From Andalucia godoyi And28 (lineage: Eukaryota > Protista > Jakobida), in NCBI GenBank assembly GCA_009859145.1, contig VRVR01000015.1:237705-301704 (forward strand): a stretch of 64,000 nucleotides of DNA, in the 5' to 3' direction. Made by a program: the position numbers and the translations under genes. Of the stretch, positions 43,501 to 48,848 are shown one piece after another (position 1 is the stretch's first letter; each line of letters opens with the position of its first letter). The notes under the pieces are model-generated. The model did not search any database, was not told the origin of the DNA, and worked only from the letters and a program-made list of their open reading frames with translations.

Positions 43501-46356
43501 TTAACTTCGGACTCTGGCTTCCTTTCTATGGTCGTTGGCAGCATTCCGCGGTTTGGGGTTTCCTCTTCGCGAGTTCATGTGCAGCACTCGTTGCTTGTTG
43601 ACGGCAGAGGTACGTTCACATCTGGCATTTCTGTGCCGGCTGAAGCTGGCATTTCTGTTTCGGACAGTTCGACATACTCTCTGGGAATTTTCCCGTCAAA
43701 CGTAACCATCCGCGACTCCACAGCGCCCAGTAAGCGTTTGGAACTGTCGGTGGCGTCTGGCCTGTCGATTCAAGATTCTGCATCTTCGAGCATTGCAAGA
43801 GTCACCGCAGATTCAGTTCTCGTCAATCGTGTGTTTACGAATAACATTACTGCGAATAGCACGAACATGTTCGTTATGGATGTTTCTGCATCGTCTGGTA
43901 TGACTCTGTCATTAGGCAGCAGTTCGCGCTTCTCTGTATCGTCCGGTGCCTTTGTCCCGCTTGCAGTTGACGCTTCAGTTGTCACTGTAAACACAACTCG
44001 CGGGCTGTATGTGGGATCTGCTTCGGCATCGGTGCCAGGGCTTTCTGGCGCAGAGCGATTGATAGTGTCAGGGGATGTGGTTGTCACTGGAACATTTGAT
44101 GCTCGTGGAGGACTGAAACTTGTCGGTCTGAATAACTCTCTCTCTGTGGGGGATACGACAATTGTGCAAGAAAGGATTGTTGTCGAAACGTCTGGACAAG
44201 GTCGATCAACCATTACTGCGGGTAAGATGTCCTTGGTGAATGACACGTTCTCCTCGGTGCTGACTGCGGGGGCTGGCCAAGTTCTCCGTCTCGGATCCTC
44301 TTCCAATCCTGTTCTGACCGTTACTGCTGGCTTGAATTCTCGAGATGTTGTTGCTGTGTCGGCTGCAGGATCCCTCGTCGTTGGCGGACCTGTCGACGGT
44401 ACTGATTTGTACAATGCTTCCGTGCATGTTTTGGCCGTTGACGGACCTTCGTGGTTTGGTCTCGGAGGTCTCACGATTGCCGGGGACATCTCAATGCTGA
44501 ACGTGTCAAACAAGTTGCGGTTCGGAACGGGATCGGAAACTCTGACTGTGGACCGCAGTGGTATTTCTGTGGTGGCTGGTTCGTTGTCCTCTGTTCATTC
44601 TTCTTCAAGTCTTTCTTTTTCTTCGACTTCCACGAGTTCTCACGTGGATTCCGTTGAGGTAATCTTCTCTTCTTCTACGTCGCAGTCTTCTTTGTCTGCA
44701 TCCAATGTTTCGAGTCCTTTGTTGCTGGCGGATTTGGTTTCTTCTCGTTCTTCTATTCTTTCGATTAATGCTTCCAATGCGGTTCAAATCGGTGCTTCAA
44801 GCTCTGGAAGTGTGTCGTTGTTCGGAGACAATCTGTTCGTGCAGTCACATCAGGTTTCCATGAATCCGAGCAATGGAGTTTTGATTGGTTCATCGTCATC
44901 AGGTCGATCATCTGAAGTACTGGTTGTGGATGGTAATGCACTGTTCAAATCAAATGTCAGCTTCTTGGCAGGGATCGTGTCAGGAAACAGCAGCGGATTT
45001 GGTAGTTTGTCTCAATCTGGACTGCGAGTCGTGGATGGCGGTTCTTCGGCGACTCTGTCTGCGTCCACTCTGAGTGTTTCGACTGTTGTTTCCTCCAAGC
45101 TCGACCTCTCGTCCTTGGCGTCAGACATGCAGTTCCTGGTGAACACGTCTCAGTCGGTTGTGTTCCTTTCCGATTTTGTTCGTATCTTTAATGGCCCATC
45201 CCGTCGAACGTTTTTGCTTGGTGGTACCCCTACGTTGTTTTCGAGCACTGCTCACACGTTTGGAGTAGTGGGTGATTCCGTGTTCCAAGGTTCGATTACT
45301 GTTGCAGATTCCACTGGGTCCTTCTTCTTGTCTGGTGGACTGATGAGGTCTGGCAGTTACAACTTGTCTCGTACGGATATTCTCAATGCTTCAATCTCCT
45401 CTGTCACGCCCACCGGATCAACGACGATTTCTGGCCCGTCTCTCATGGTGTCGGATGTGTTCCCTGGATCGAGCGTCAACATTTCCTCGTCTGCTATTCG
45501 CGTTGGACGGTCTGATTCTGCGAACACTGCATCGTTAACGTCTGACGGGTTGAGTGTTTCTAATGGGTCGTTTACGTCCGTTGTGACACGCGATCGCATT
45601 GAAACTTCTACGCTCCTCGGTCCGTCTGCGTTGACCATCACCACATCGGGATCGAGCAATATTGACATTTCCTCTGGCAATCGGGTTACCGTTGCTTCTG
45701 GATCGTCGAAGCTTACCGTTGCGAGTGCCTCGGGTGTGCAAGTCGAGGGAGCGTTTGTGTCCAAGATTTCCAGTGGCCAATCGGTGTCATTCGAAGTTGT
45801 TTCGTCCACCAAGAAGTTGACGTTCAATGGTGATGTCCTCAAGCTCGAGAAGAATCCTTCTACGTATTCAGAGCTGGAAGCAGGATTGTTGACAACGACG
45901 GCTGTGAGTGTTTCCAATATCTATCCATTATCAGGCAGCGCTCCGGTTTTGGTTACCGCTTCAGCGAGTTCGACATTGGACCCGAATCTGGGCATTCTGT
46001 ACCCAGTCTTTGCTTCCGTTGGAGTGTTCGCATTCCAAGGCAACGGCCGTGTCGCTGGAAATGTCACCGTTTCTGCCGTTGGATCTACAAAGTCTCTGTT
46101 GCTGTCCGACAGCCTTATTACGATTTCTAATACTGCGTCGTCAACCTCGGCTACCCTGTCCAGTTCAGTGTTTAACTTCAATTCTGTCTTCGTCCTCAGT
46201 CCCACGATGGTCACCATCGGAAAGGATGCGACCAGCACGTATTTGTCGATCAATGGGTTGGTGAATGAAACAGTTGGTTGCTTTGCTGACGTGCCGAATG
46301 CGAAATGCCTGTATGTGAACATCAATGGAGTGCAACGGACGTTGCTGTATGTGTAA
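22522..46356 (+). CDS. Giant 7,944-aa intronless single-pass (type II) membrane protein with a Ser/Val/Gly-rich beta-repeat ectodomain; function unknown
   Basis: Stop-free for 23.8 kb. Pro/Ser-rich N-terminus, a basic stretch (RMKKKITLHRR), then one hydrophobic helix at about aa 212-238 (nt ~23155-23235). The rest is quasi-repeated short amphipathic strands with very many N-x-S/T sequons and few Cys. Confidence 0.9.
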   Translation: MSSSNVLKEDTGAASVVTNPLDTGSRRPAAAPSLFSARFSAASKASDTFLPGSGAMSSVQGSALSVRPSLRSPDALLPPLKPPVQPPAVELKSPVPSMPPLPPPLSVADRVAGRSSVAPLPSGYRRGGLAMGGGDGALDSLPDSGTPGAYAQNNASTNGGGADNADGGAFSNVAPMGGSGPMRRKRPTIDEVARQLFDQRMKKKITLHRRAMWVSILLLFLLTGFLFYVTWRFLLIMLSGSAYDSDFKVDGAVTAKSLTVSNSVYAPLISSQSLTVSQPKGTAAQIRLEEGPNSVVLSTSGDAGQRFLLSNGTSSLLVLDFVASSAPFSVVMSPDSSIPSFSISSSSHKSGGGASHAREFWRGVQHQSSSSSTGASMTGYSVQTSAAASVSPLPSGGFTFLGRYLTLGQSMYFDSVSREFAADRLRMLVGSFLLGSSETNISTRSFSLDVKNASVLSSSSFDFRLSEGYSSSSFFGVSLVSGAPAIFVNQSGSVGIGTRVPGSTLDVAGDLTVRGKLFVTNTVSDSGNFQYVVASSGMVTNAITGSANSDIVVKSAPGMGLQVVLAGPPAASSIFSVNDTLIVNSYQKSVSVNNQLTVSSLFSVSTLFSVSQPSNLVLVSGQFETVGSARFRTRSTFDAGFDASGLATISALETSSIRSTASNAPFVISADSGAVVINVSQSLDVGAGILYVSVPNKQVRIGNDSNSNLLIMGTMTIGGNLSVSGFTFMSNVTSTTITQSPIVETNLIRPLNLSTGVIQIESSAGTDVLVNLLPGSSGASGKFIVGNDALIVQSSPASVVARDLTVVGSLLVNGSTNFDQLSIISAVFVGSTGSYFKSADFLVMNASGSSRLLPGSVLTDILTPSSPSDLRFISATNRNITVDIQGTGRFVIASGLFMVSPSSRLLSFGQCGSSTTCADSADFDAVVVFRRLLDVRSTLLMNNSSIVFSTSGSVLNNSGIYYVFGSSTFSVDGNGLLLKNAGASSSLLPTSLSMVSTTSSSSFNASALSTPLVVSNAVLTDRITTSSSLLTIQPRATLLVALNDSSSAARFVVGDTMGLVVFQNRSVVIGGSAPSWLPEASALRVTGTSVFDGSVVAQGISLRNSSQFALNLTSSRISFGSSSTTWSSFSPEYLRLDSVSQNSVHTATSSTFSDALSGVVSSLESAGVSFTSSTDRSLLNASRLAFSGTSPDTVSLNRNGIVVYSAVGVVTVSPTVVSVAEGVMSSAISAGNVTTPVVLSPVIQSTNGSLSIVSAQGSDVIVNPGIAAASSGRFVIGNASVLSVNPGSRSLSFGLAGSSACLNCLTVGVSSSFLSSVNFSSDVYVSQNASVFVGLDGPVVTTISSGQISLRNGSISTVVSHGYVESAAVRATYSWTSDTVFAPLFRSFNGSNIVLQPDASSNLTVSLFDNSSSTFCVAQSGICRFRVFGSGGAVVVGSRQPSSFSLSSGRFLVDGTSVFGGDVYIEQGLVFSSNSSKLLFSDAVRTVSLSSAGFGATSSLTSSSLSETNLLIWTNSSSVMLSSSSLSMSDNNSRSSALSSSGLNVSSSSSSYTSLDGNGIVLFGSGSQSNVTALYVATDRLFSNSIMSRSTSDLSITSSPGRSVLVGFGGVLNVSASAAKVRIGSGVSNQIIMGSDVLEIGGGSVFDGVVRGQQFLAASRLSNYSSNLEDYRLTLLDMVLNISTIISSRSLVIAGSGSDSLAATSSMLVLTNQLHRAQLNASLLSFADTLQSVQVSVERVSATSSSSSAIFTFDGFSVHNIVTNRTMVANSLGVQTADVSSGRVSLLSSGSLQMSSNSSASSILNDSAVVFSGSNYSAVYGKETVLSSPGTNARISSSAVAISSATYASSLSAEGLSTAFIFSPGSRPLSLVPMTGMDVNVNLSSSLFTVYSGTRNLFSVDGNLHTIFVNGPISDSSLQNVSSVVSLTTVGDVLLEGSMFATGNVSLRSSSSRVSIGAVSGPLVEVSSEFLSFSFASDRLLASRFGLMVSATSGNSTISGAGISTPSVSSPLLTSNAAQGLTLQSSSSISVSFNRSSAFQINSALSLSYDALSRGILSIGTSDTVRVVIGNSTAFLSGPSFALSVGGNVSVMNGLFVGNSSLLESGSLTMSANSSRAQLTESALGLYSTSDSSYSQLLANRLVVSSTSSSTTVSADGLLVNKISPQSNRVLSVDLLSSLGIEFLFNASSMYSTFQLNDAFTVALFSRTIAFGSVNASVTSKFFGNVVISGSISISDSIYLNSTFVVGSQSANTTIQLDQIRLLTPRSHLSLTSEGISLGNVSSNLETLITASHISTASVMGSSFANLSIQAQPQTDIVLSSPSGRVVIGSSEFVVVDFRDNTTSRMRVGSADALAGLVNVSAGNEVFSVGGGVVVAGDLRSGGSVQLRGRDTVFFDVTNTDASGHSSLFSARLYNGSLLLREIGNGTVADETMLVTAREIRKGSMVLSPSGLVNVRLAAPSESDLVVSSAAGRSVFVVLAAKANANANVSATDSGVFDVGSGILVVNGTMQRVLVRGEVPSTLRNDGDVLRVNGSVAVDGSLRMSGSVVLLGDQGQSVVQVGSFGSGNGTRIDSSGLQIVQRITANLSSWSWYLAADARSVTVGDDASGRRTRLDSQSVETGTLFASAGQSLVLKSSADHDVVVSLVRNASESRFVIEGSSGVLLTANGSSGVVRIGGDLTDSGILLGGYNARFGVVGNVGVEGSIRVRDDVVIASAGGAVRVGANGTAGPSTSMVAGGLTVSVDGVVRANVSAAGISMLGSDGSTSAVSSSTVQVSTVRADTVIARNGTSGLVIAGGSAGDVTIDVVQNHSVAVGAGALRVWRDVSFANIKMSEDDMVRFTVGNVSGTSLYSATRHMVGISGSVLIGGDLQIGAAFSVNASSGIVSILSDTSVVSLSSSILAMTSSLSNQSIAVSASGLVLVSPQSIARLDSSALQISLVRGVDNSSLTLSTRNGGNVVVELGALTMDNNQGSLLVGDSLLTVSSTRSFVVGSMQKPVSSFFYGSTLFDGSVTFASAVQLGNASSLVFGSGSDYSRLDVSRALFVSGNHTSLLTNAALSFGEGNSTGTIVSNGLILTGVLSSFVNSSLDLRSVNGTISVSLGASGVFAVSGNSFSVNAVSKLISLSGGASGLHAFSSAADRLSVNGNILLQGEFISSGSARLVGASQVLSVEDASMNSSVVVSATGLRMSSNYSGGVYALSVLQADSLTIDTTIVSRTGVVTSKLSSPSGTDLLVQIPDSHVMKVAFGNGTVAGISGSFIVGADRLVVNETEGLVRVGQSSMNAGTYSVLRAHAFRVSGNSSFMDDSEVLGSLTLPSSGSVLRVGSNSSVTTDIKMSGIAVSGVDASGTIVRSFMGANGYSVVGASGSSSVLSSSGLVSSRVGPLSGSDFEIGMIQNATMKILLGNSSVGGGDFSILSGNNSLLSVSGYQNRIVIGHPLGSDANQASVLSVAGVSVFDGDVLLSHNMQLTASAGAITVGNVTSGVFSVVRPTFVRLTFGPTVGQLESGMLSFMSDGQSSSLNASLASVDTAAVMMIRNRNTSGLSILADSNTDVSVVLGTNSTFSVASNVLRAFQHSGVRSVVHVGRLMQGATLCVSNRSVCDSPIAGEEFAISVDGGLYASRTLRIGATVDVDGTLGSLSSTIGYNKTVMSAAGLVVADLNRSRSVVMDSASVIVRGPSDASLLTSTYLRTSTVIAAIGRNLTVVPSDLADVVVDLSSGTSRFIVGSEMIVSPSMSLVEIGSSGRIAGAVNLAVSGNATIRGGLQISSRVEIAEELRITDAYSSGVLSATAHRLLAQNSSGSASLSADGILVTAGGNGSLSTSVMAGVVSTATILGVTGSDLTVSSVTNTSLWLLSPSGRVVIGSSEFVVVDFRDNTTSRMRVGSADALAGLVNVSAGNEVFSVGGGVVVAGDLRSGGSVQLRGRDTVFFDVTNTDASGHSSLFSARLYNGSLLLREIGNGTVADETMLVTAREIRKGSMVLSPSGLVNVRLAAPSESDLVVSSAAGRSVFVVLAAKANANANVSATDSGVFDVGSGILVVNGTMQRVLVRGEVPSTLRNDGDVLRVNGSVAVDGSLRMSGSVVLLGDQGQSVVQVGSFGSGNGTRIDSSGLQIVQRITANLSSWSWYLAADARSVTVGDDASGRRTRLDSQSVETGTLFASAGQSLVLKSSADHDVVVSLVRNASESRFVIEGSSGVLLTANGSSGVVRIGGDLTDSGILLGGYNARFGVVGNVGVEGSIRVRDDVVIASAGGAVRVGANGTAGPSTSMVAGGLTVSVDGVVRANVSAAGISMLGSDGSTSAVSSSTVQVSTVRADTVIARNGTSGLVIAGGSAGDVTIDVVQNHSVAVGAGALRVWRDVSFANIKMSEDDMVRFTVGNVSGTSLYSATRHMVGISGSVLIGGDLQIGAAFSVNASSGIVAVVSAGDSLVLTSSGLSVASVPTAALLDVSSSALRFTNGNASTVVSSYAVSTARLTAPVNGSLSISSGSDVSVNFGSSSGFTVLSANQLYVNASVVSVARTVFDVDSANVSFGGFVYAPTGLQFGKGLYSSEPSSEFVMSSAGRSVSVTYGGISLSSSGLMSTLMLNSSALMFSLNNSFVRLSATSISTPAVFSADGILSISGLAVFNESSKSVRIGTASGLLVDDANSFSSLGGLVNVNATRGSVSIGKVEPDPTKMLYVKGDTLIEGSLFMTGLLDFSLPGAGMSFGGNGTRYSSLDDSKLRLVDGGYESVMTADSLTFRNGSFAVSYLSHGTMSVPRIISLESVTSGTSFTLNLNSTQSAVISLPVRDSLIFRGSSNSSVFELRGPTLSDARSQVQFGSSPSDVSVFVGFNQSSSEVNASTLSLAVGGSSLFYSNMSIFGDVFINGSKTLRISSSGNMVSLDRSRLTMVSPGSSSVLSGSSLSVTNSFQTSIVSPGSIETPSMSSPLWYSASSMSLSAATNITVVIGAQTYAVLGVDNVFDFRKDVRLGTQLLNFAGTSTNIDISHTSMSLTSGSKTSRLRAADLTVDLIGASRLVSRSLDTTIASVVLGDRFVAIGSSAVASSYADDQIVLLAPSINLRHPSSGSTNVTVGGALTVLGPAVFTAGFNLQGGLLVGDMSLQPSFISITNSSLSSRLDANKIYFSDNVRTSRLDVSGLDTPSVVSTYLGSSTSLQIAAQSSIRLDVTSGNISLLENTVISNSTLRFGSTSASFILDIRASTSFRGSVSTVLPVSSSFSVSSDVESIFTVESSGNASRVVFSNGSRPLSVFVGSAGQFIPQGFRSGTSFAVDGYTQLSGALVSVLTDVEIGASNMIRIGQGLNVSQNLLSLSHSGSSVLLSSKSAVFASSAGSTVVNSSHVVATNVIAESVSLSSRIAILNNSESIDVSAREVSVSTVNSSSTLTASQLVFVSNGGSVSSLSSSALLVGSANITLLRAQQILGYDAGLELRPAAGSALRLFVDDSVTAVIGNLVSDLLRVSQNGSQSLFSFSSGSLLRLGDISSSLKSHRFANGSSMQVSGSVLIGSSLFISGDVELNSTSSLQLGDLSLRSGLLSASSNGRSSVVSSSMVNVSSGMSFSAIMDDSVWTPRVRASTKLVLLAPEVVVTDGVTDFISATSSRVQILQYVRVQHTSGLTVASDLIGTYKVDVTPYQLSLTMPGKVTTLTPTSVTTTSFIGSGVQSLVGGAVVDMNSNSMVLRTSTLSISPATDEIVVHAPGGLRIGVSSSFQTNTTIFGNLEVKSSLSIGQDLTLGQNARLAVGSVKLDTDTISSVVGSKNFSLSATGIRFVDAGNSSVLSSMSLTTGSVISSVLSSHDNLNIRSDAAVILQNGLMRVAASAVGLSLSAVPRSSSTSILNVEGNSTFYGSVSIDVAVGESMSLSSNGSVFVSMSASRTFIGNALVLGSASSSTAATILSVGGVSEFFDDVVFSKSVNFSSLSSRIVIGNQSLGSELSASGLQILGNGSLVVSSREIAITDGLQRTTVSASGLVSTGSIDAVSALLRSLIVSVENSSVRVQPSGLIVSDSMSSLEVSASALRLQSQTSESSITSSSITSLLLNSTSVVTSSIVGKNSSDLVLSPSQGKRLVLSLDVSSSQQMVIGTVAHPIIDIVSQNASSDPLVRLGGTTYVSLGRSQSIGNLSSVAGMAFVVDGLSMFAQNVSLSATLRASPGSALVADALSGSSIRVGDGAVFLSSTTNKFASLDSSLLNMSSPTSWSAMSASSITTQSVIVPSISSSASSLSIESTNVLIRSGFTTVMSFTTSTVDVFANIAMGSKKISFLSTDTSKSISVEADTGISVTSGISTSAITGFAVTTATLKTSSVQSVLASSVALSFSADSILLSTVGGTVPSTTASSLFVTTPGGVYIGTSSSKSNMTIEGSLRVTGSLDLAGSLSLSQLASFAIGQVRMASTSVSVVDGNSSSVVNSTHVVVGTIGSATTVSSQSLSTRDVYVERLLPLRASTNLTVAVSGSEWFSVGQQLMVPASGAVLIGASPLSPSEGESLSVVGALVSRRLSVLDSTSVSVNFGLLSDPVFSVSSNASGDVDFVRVGKGSRLSVLSLGSTSSLETLYSSSQFGIYSSRGVVVGNDSVVLGDLVLGGSNSAIKFASGVSSFVLSGSVLSLSDSGANSVILLDSSGLKFVSNNNVSFFNSSGLSSPSISTNRLVSRSESLSISASQLSLASTSRMSFNSVVSIAGSTVEVSSGSMLYIGNSSNFAASGESFVVDGRSRFSGNVSFVSSTVSLLSDSSFVLSSGSLATSVLAGSVYVSGPLGSTSVSGASCALVSADGLSQTTLSPSLLTSSEVRASRVFVSESLSSVASDLQLRPANSSFGVMVDVASPGQFFAVGNSSAVGFSVSTVLNGHVVQMGSTGSRIQFRVGNVSAAVFSPVSTTSASFVSEGSSVLGGSVSILGSAYIRGAGRSLFVGDTDESGIHVSVAGSSIQLLDGSVPAVSAQLLRDRLAFTNGNGFTSQLDARQLNVSTIVSSWLSGSPTASLNISTGSAQNMFLTSDSGFLSMVVGSIPRFGVSSSRVHVQHSLLVDGRGTFTSGISVPAEAGISVSDSSTYSLGIFPSNVTIRDSTAPSKRLELSVASGLSIQDSASSSIARVTADSVLVNRVFTNNITANSTNMFVMDVSASSGMTLSLGSSSRFSVSSGAFVPLAVDASVVTVNTTRGLYVGSASASVPGLSGAERLIVSGDVVVTGTFDARGGLKLVGLNNSLSVGDTTIVQERIVVETSGQGRSTITAGKMSLVNDTFSSVLTAGAGQVLRLGSSSNPVLTVTAGLNSRDVVAVSAAGSLVVGGPVDGTDLYNASVHVLAVDGPSWFGLGGLTIAGDISMLNVSNKLRFGTGSETLTVDRSGISVVAGSLSSVHSSSSLSFSSTSTSSHVDSVEVIFSSSTSQSSLSASNVSSPLLLADLVSSRSSILSINASNAVQIGASSSGSVSLFGDNLFVQSHQVSMNPSNGVLIGSSSSGRSSEVLVVDGNALFKSNVSFLAGIVSGNSSGFGSLSQSGLRVVDGGSSATLSASTLSVSTVVSSKLDLSSLASDMQFLVNTSQSVVFLSDFVRIFNGPSRRTFLLGGTPTLFSSTAHTFGVVGDSVFQGSITVADSTGSFFLSGGLMRSGSYNLSRTDILNASISSVTPTGSTTISGPSLMVSDVFPGSSVNISSSAIRVGRSDSANTASLTSDGLSVSNGSFTSVVTRDRIETSTLLGPSALTITTSGSSNIDISSGNRVTVASGSSKLTVASASGVQVEGAFVSKISSGQSVSFEVVSSTKKLTFNGDVLKLEKNPSTYSELEAGLLTTTAVSVSNIYPLSGSAPVLVTASASSTLDPNLGILYPVFASVGVFAFQGNGRVAGNVTVSAVGSTKSLLLSDSLITISNTASSTSATLSSSVFNFNSVFVLSPTMVTIGKDATSTYLSINGLVNETVGCFADVPNAKCLYVNINGVQRTLLYV
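29494..31175 (+). repeat. Internal direct repeat, copy 1 (1,682 bp, ~560 codons)
   Basis: Matches 34105-35786 at offset 4,611 nt (in frame). Both boundaries were checked by eye, and the shadow ORFs in the track are identical between the copies. Confidence 0.92.
34105..35786 (+). repeat. Internal direct repeat, copy 2
   Basis: See copy 1. The first mismatches are synonymous positions just outside the ends (GGG/GGA; ATT/ATC). Confidence 0.92.
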
Positions 46357-46412
46357 ATGCATTTTTCTTGTATTGTCATTTGTGCTCCTGTGCTCCTTCT
46401 TTATCATCGACA

Positions 46413-48533
46413 TTATTGACCATCACCTCTGCTTGGATAGACAGAACCAAAGAGTTCCACGTCCAAAATACTGATGATTCGCATCACCGCAGGAAACTGG
46501 ATTCGGAACGACTGAAATACTGGAGACGGTGCAGGGGAGGAAACGGACAACGCTGGAAGAGAGCATTTCAGCAATACAATGCAAGGAACAGATTCAAAAA
46601 CGTCCTCGTCAGCGTATTCGTGAATCCGCTCAAGGTCTGCCGAGCGCATCGGTGTTCGGAGGGCTGCTGCGTTCTTCTTACAGAAAGGAGAGCCCGGATT
46701 CACGGAACCACGGCCGTTCACGTCGATGCTGCGCACATCCGTCACTACTTCCAGCGGTACCGAGGACGGTTCGGAAAATTTGCTGGAAGCGCAGCCGAAG
46801 CATCTGACGCTCGACGACTTTAATCTGCGAGCATGACCGCTGGGAAGGATCAGAGCAACGGACTGAACAGAGACGCAAACAGAAGAAAACGTAAGGTCCA
46901 GCGTGATGGCAGATGCCAGGATCGCCGCAGAGGCTCGTAGGACAACGCAAGAGTCCCATCGGCCGTCAGACAGCATTGCAATATGCCCGTCACAGACCAG
47001 TGTCGCAGGAGTGTGGAAACCCACAATTCCAGTAATGTTCGGGTTCCTCCACAGGCCGTCCTCTCGCTTTTGCAAAGACGCGCCAGTACTGTTTCCGCCG
47101 TAAGAATACTTAAAAGCGGAGGGACTTCGCAAAGACAGCTGCGTAGCCAGGTCACTCCGGGTGTTGTGGAGTGCACATACAGACAGCGAAGGATCCGTGT
47201 AATTTCCAAGTTCATGTAGGATTCCAGAAAGCGGTTCGCAAAGTTCGCTTTCTTCGAGTATTTTGGAAAACAGCAACTGGGAATCAAAGCTGCTAGATAG
47301 AGATGCGGTTTCAACGGCATCCGCACTGCGTTTGGCTTGCTTCAGGAGCTTGCGAGATGCTGCGGAAACGGAGATCTCTGGATGGTGTTCCACGGGACCC
47401 TGGAAGCTCCCCGACATGGAAAGCACTGCCGGAGACAAGAAATCCGAAACAGAAGCATCATCATCATCATCAACAACAACAACACTGTCATCACTGTCAT
47501 CACTGTCATCTTGCCGTTGTCCTTCTTCTTGTTCCTGTTCCTGTTCCTGTTCCTGTTCCTGTTCCTGTTCCTGTTCCTGTTCCTGTTCCTGTTCCTGTTC
47601 CTGTTCCTGTTCCTGTTCCTGTTCCTGTTCCTGTTCCTGTTCCTGTTCCTGTTCCTGTTCCTGTTCCTGTTCTTGTCCATTTTGTTGTTGTTTGTGAGCA
47701 TGGTTTCGAGTGGATGCGGAGCCTGCTTCGAGCTTACGAGCACGTCGCTTAAATGCGCCGTACACAACGTCTGGATCCATCCAGGGGGCTCGTTCGGCTT
47801 CTGCAATCACCTTGTACGGCAACTCCTCCCAAAGAATGAGTCTCAGAAGCTTTTTTTTGTGCATCCTGTCAATCGACTCGAATCGCATGTCCAGATATGA
47901 CTTAATTACTGCAAAAACATGCAGTGTGTCTGCGCCGAGTTTCAACGCAGAAGTGCCGATCGCACACAGGACAAGTGGGTGTAACTTTGACCACAGCGAA
48001 ACGGGAGAGCACCACAGTGCTCTGAACTGCCTCGCAACACACTTGCTCAACGCCTCAGTCAGGACAGGCAGGTCGTACGCTTGGGCCTCCGAAATCAAGT
48101 GCAGCACCACAGACAAGTCGCTGAATTCAAAAGAAACCTGCGGCTTGCCGTCGCTGTTGGACAGCTCGGAGAGAAGAAATGGGCCCAGGGCGCTGTAGAA
48201 CACTTCGAGGATTTCAGGCATCTGAAGTGACTCTGCCACGTAGATCCCGGCTACGAACTCGAGTTCATGGAGTGACAGTTTACCGGAATAGCACCATTCG
48301 AGAATTCGTTTTGCGACGGACTCGCATTCCGATCGAAGCATGCTTAGCGAGACAGACGACCGATCATGAGACGCAGAGAACATTTCGTGGAAGACCACTG
48401 ATTTCGCACTCAGCACAATTCGGTGTGCATATAGCTCCGAGCTTGGTAGGAGCACTGTCAGGTCGGACAGGAACGAAGATCCGAAAAACGGAGAATACGA
48501 AGACTCCTTCACAGCAGATTCATAATGAAACAT
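46413..48533 (-). CDS. BTB/POZ(-BACK-like) domain protein with an EQ repeat
   Basis: [30 protein letters not shown]...[10 protein letters not shown]...AESLQMPEI is a BTB domain. It is followed by a helical BACK-like region, the (EQ)n tract and a beta-rich C-terminus. Confidence 0.85.
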   Translation of the reverse strand: MFHYESAVKESSYSPFFGSSFLSDLTVLLPSSELYAHRIVLSAKSVVFHEMFSASHDRSSVSLSMLRSECESVAKRILEWCYSGKLSLHELEFVAGIYVAESLQMPEILEVFYSALGPFLLSELSNSDGKPQVSFEFSDLSVVLHLISEAQAYDLPVLTEALSKCVARQFRALWCSPVSLWSKLHPLVLCAIGTSALKLGADTLHVFAVIKSYLDMRFESIDRMHKKKLLRLILWEELPYKVIAEAERAPWMDPDVVYGAFKRRARKLEAGSASTRNHAHKQQQNGQEQEQEQEQEQEQEQEQEQEQEQEQEQEQEQEQEQEQEQEQEQEQEQEQEEGQRQDDSDDSDDSVVVVDDDDDASVSDFLSPAVLSMSGSFQGPVEHHPEISVSAASRKLLKQAKRSADAVETASLSSSFDSQLLFSKILEESELCEPLSGILHELGNYTDPSLSVCALHNTRSDLATQLSLRSPSAFKYSYGGNSTGASLQKREDGLWRNPNITGIVGFHTPATLVCDGHIAMLSDGRWDSCVVLRASAAILASAITLDLTFSSVCVSVQSVALILPSGHARRLKSSSVRCFGCASSKFSEPSSVPLEVVTDVRSIDVNGRGSVNPGSPFCKKNAAALRTPMRSADLERIHEYADEDVFESVPCIVLLKCSLPALSVSSPAPSPVFQSFRIQFPAVMRIISILDVELFGSVYPSRGDGQ
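47530..47667 (-). repeat. (GGAACA)23 perfect coding microsatellite giving a poly-(EQ) tract
   Basis: 23 perfect TGTTCC units on the + strand. Confidence 0.95.
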
Positions 48534-48848
48534 TTCTCTGTAAGCTCAAGCACACACACTCAGTTACACAGAGGTTCGCACTGCCTATCCCGAGAGGATG
48601 TAGCATGTATGAAAGTGCTGAACTCTTTCCATCCTCCGAGTCGGAAACGCCCAACGCCTCCATTTGTAACCGACCGGGATCGGGAGTTTATCTTAATTGC
48701 GCAAAGTTCCGTTTGAAAAAACGGCCGTGGTTCGAAATGGGCATTTTTGATATTCGTGAAATGAGCGCCAATTCCCGCCCGTTCTTCTCTGCGTCTCGCC
48801 AGTCCGCCACCCCCGACAGGGCGGCATCATCGCTTCTGTTGTAGACCG

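Noticed and set aside
46200-46356. C-terminal peptidase S74 intramolecular chaperone, as in many phage fibres and MYRF
   Set aside because: No SD.RLK.NI-type motif or following helical domain is present at the C-terminus.
23400-46400. Numerous 100-313 aa antisense and alternate-frame ORFs inside the giant gene
   Set aside because: Expected shadows of the Ser/Val/Gly codon bias (Thr/Asp/Glu/Pro-rich antisense), duplicated along with the repeat; no independent domains.
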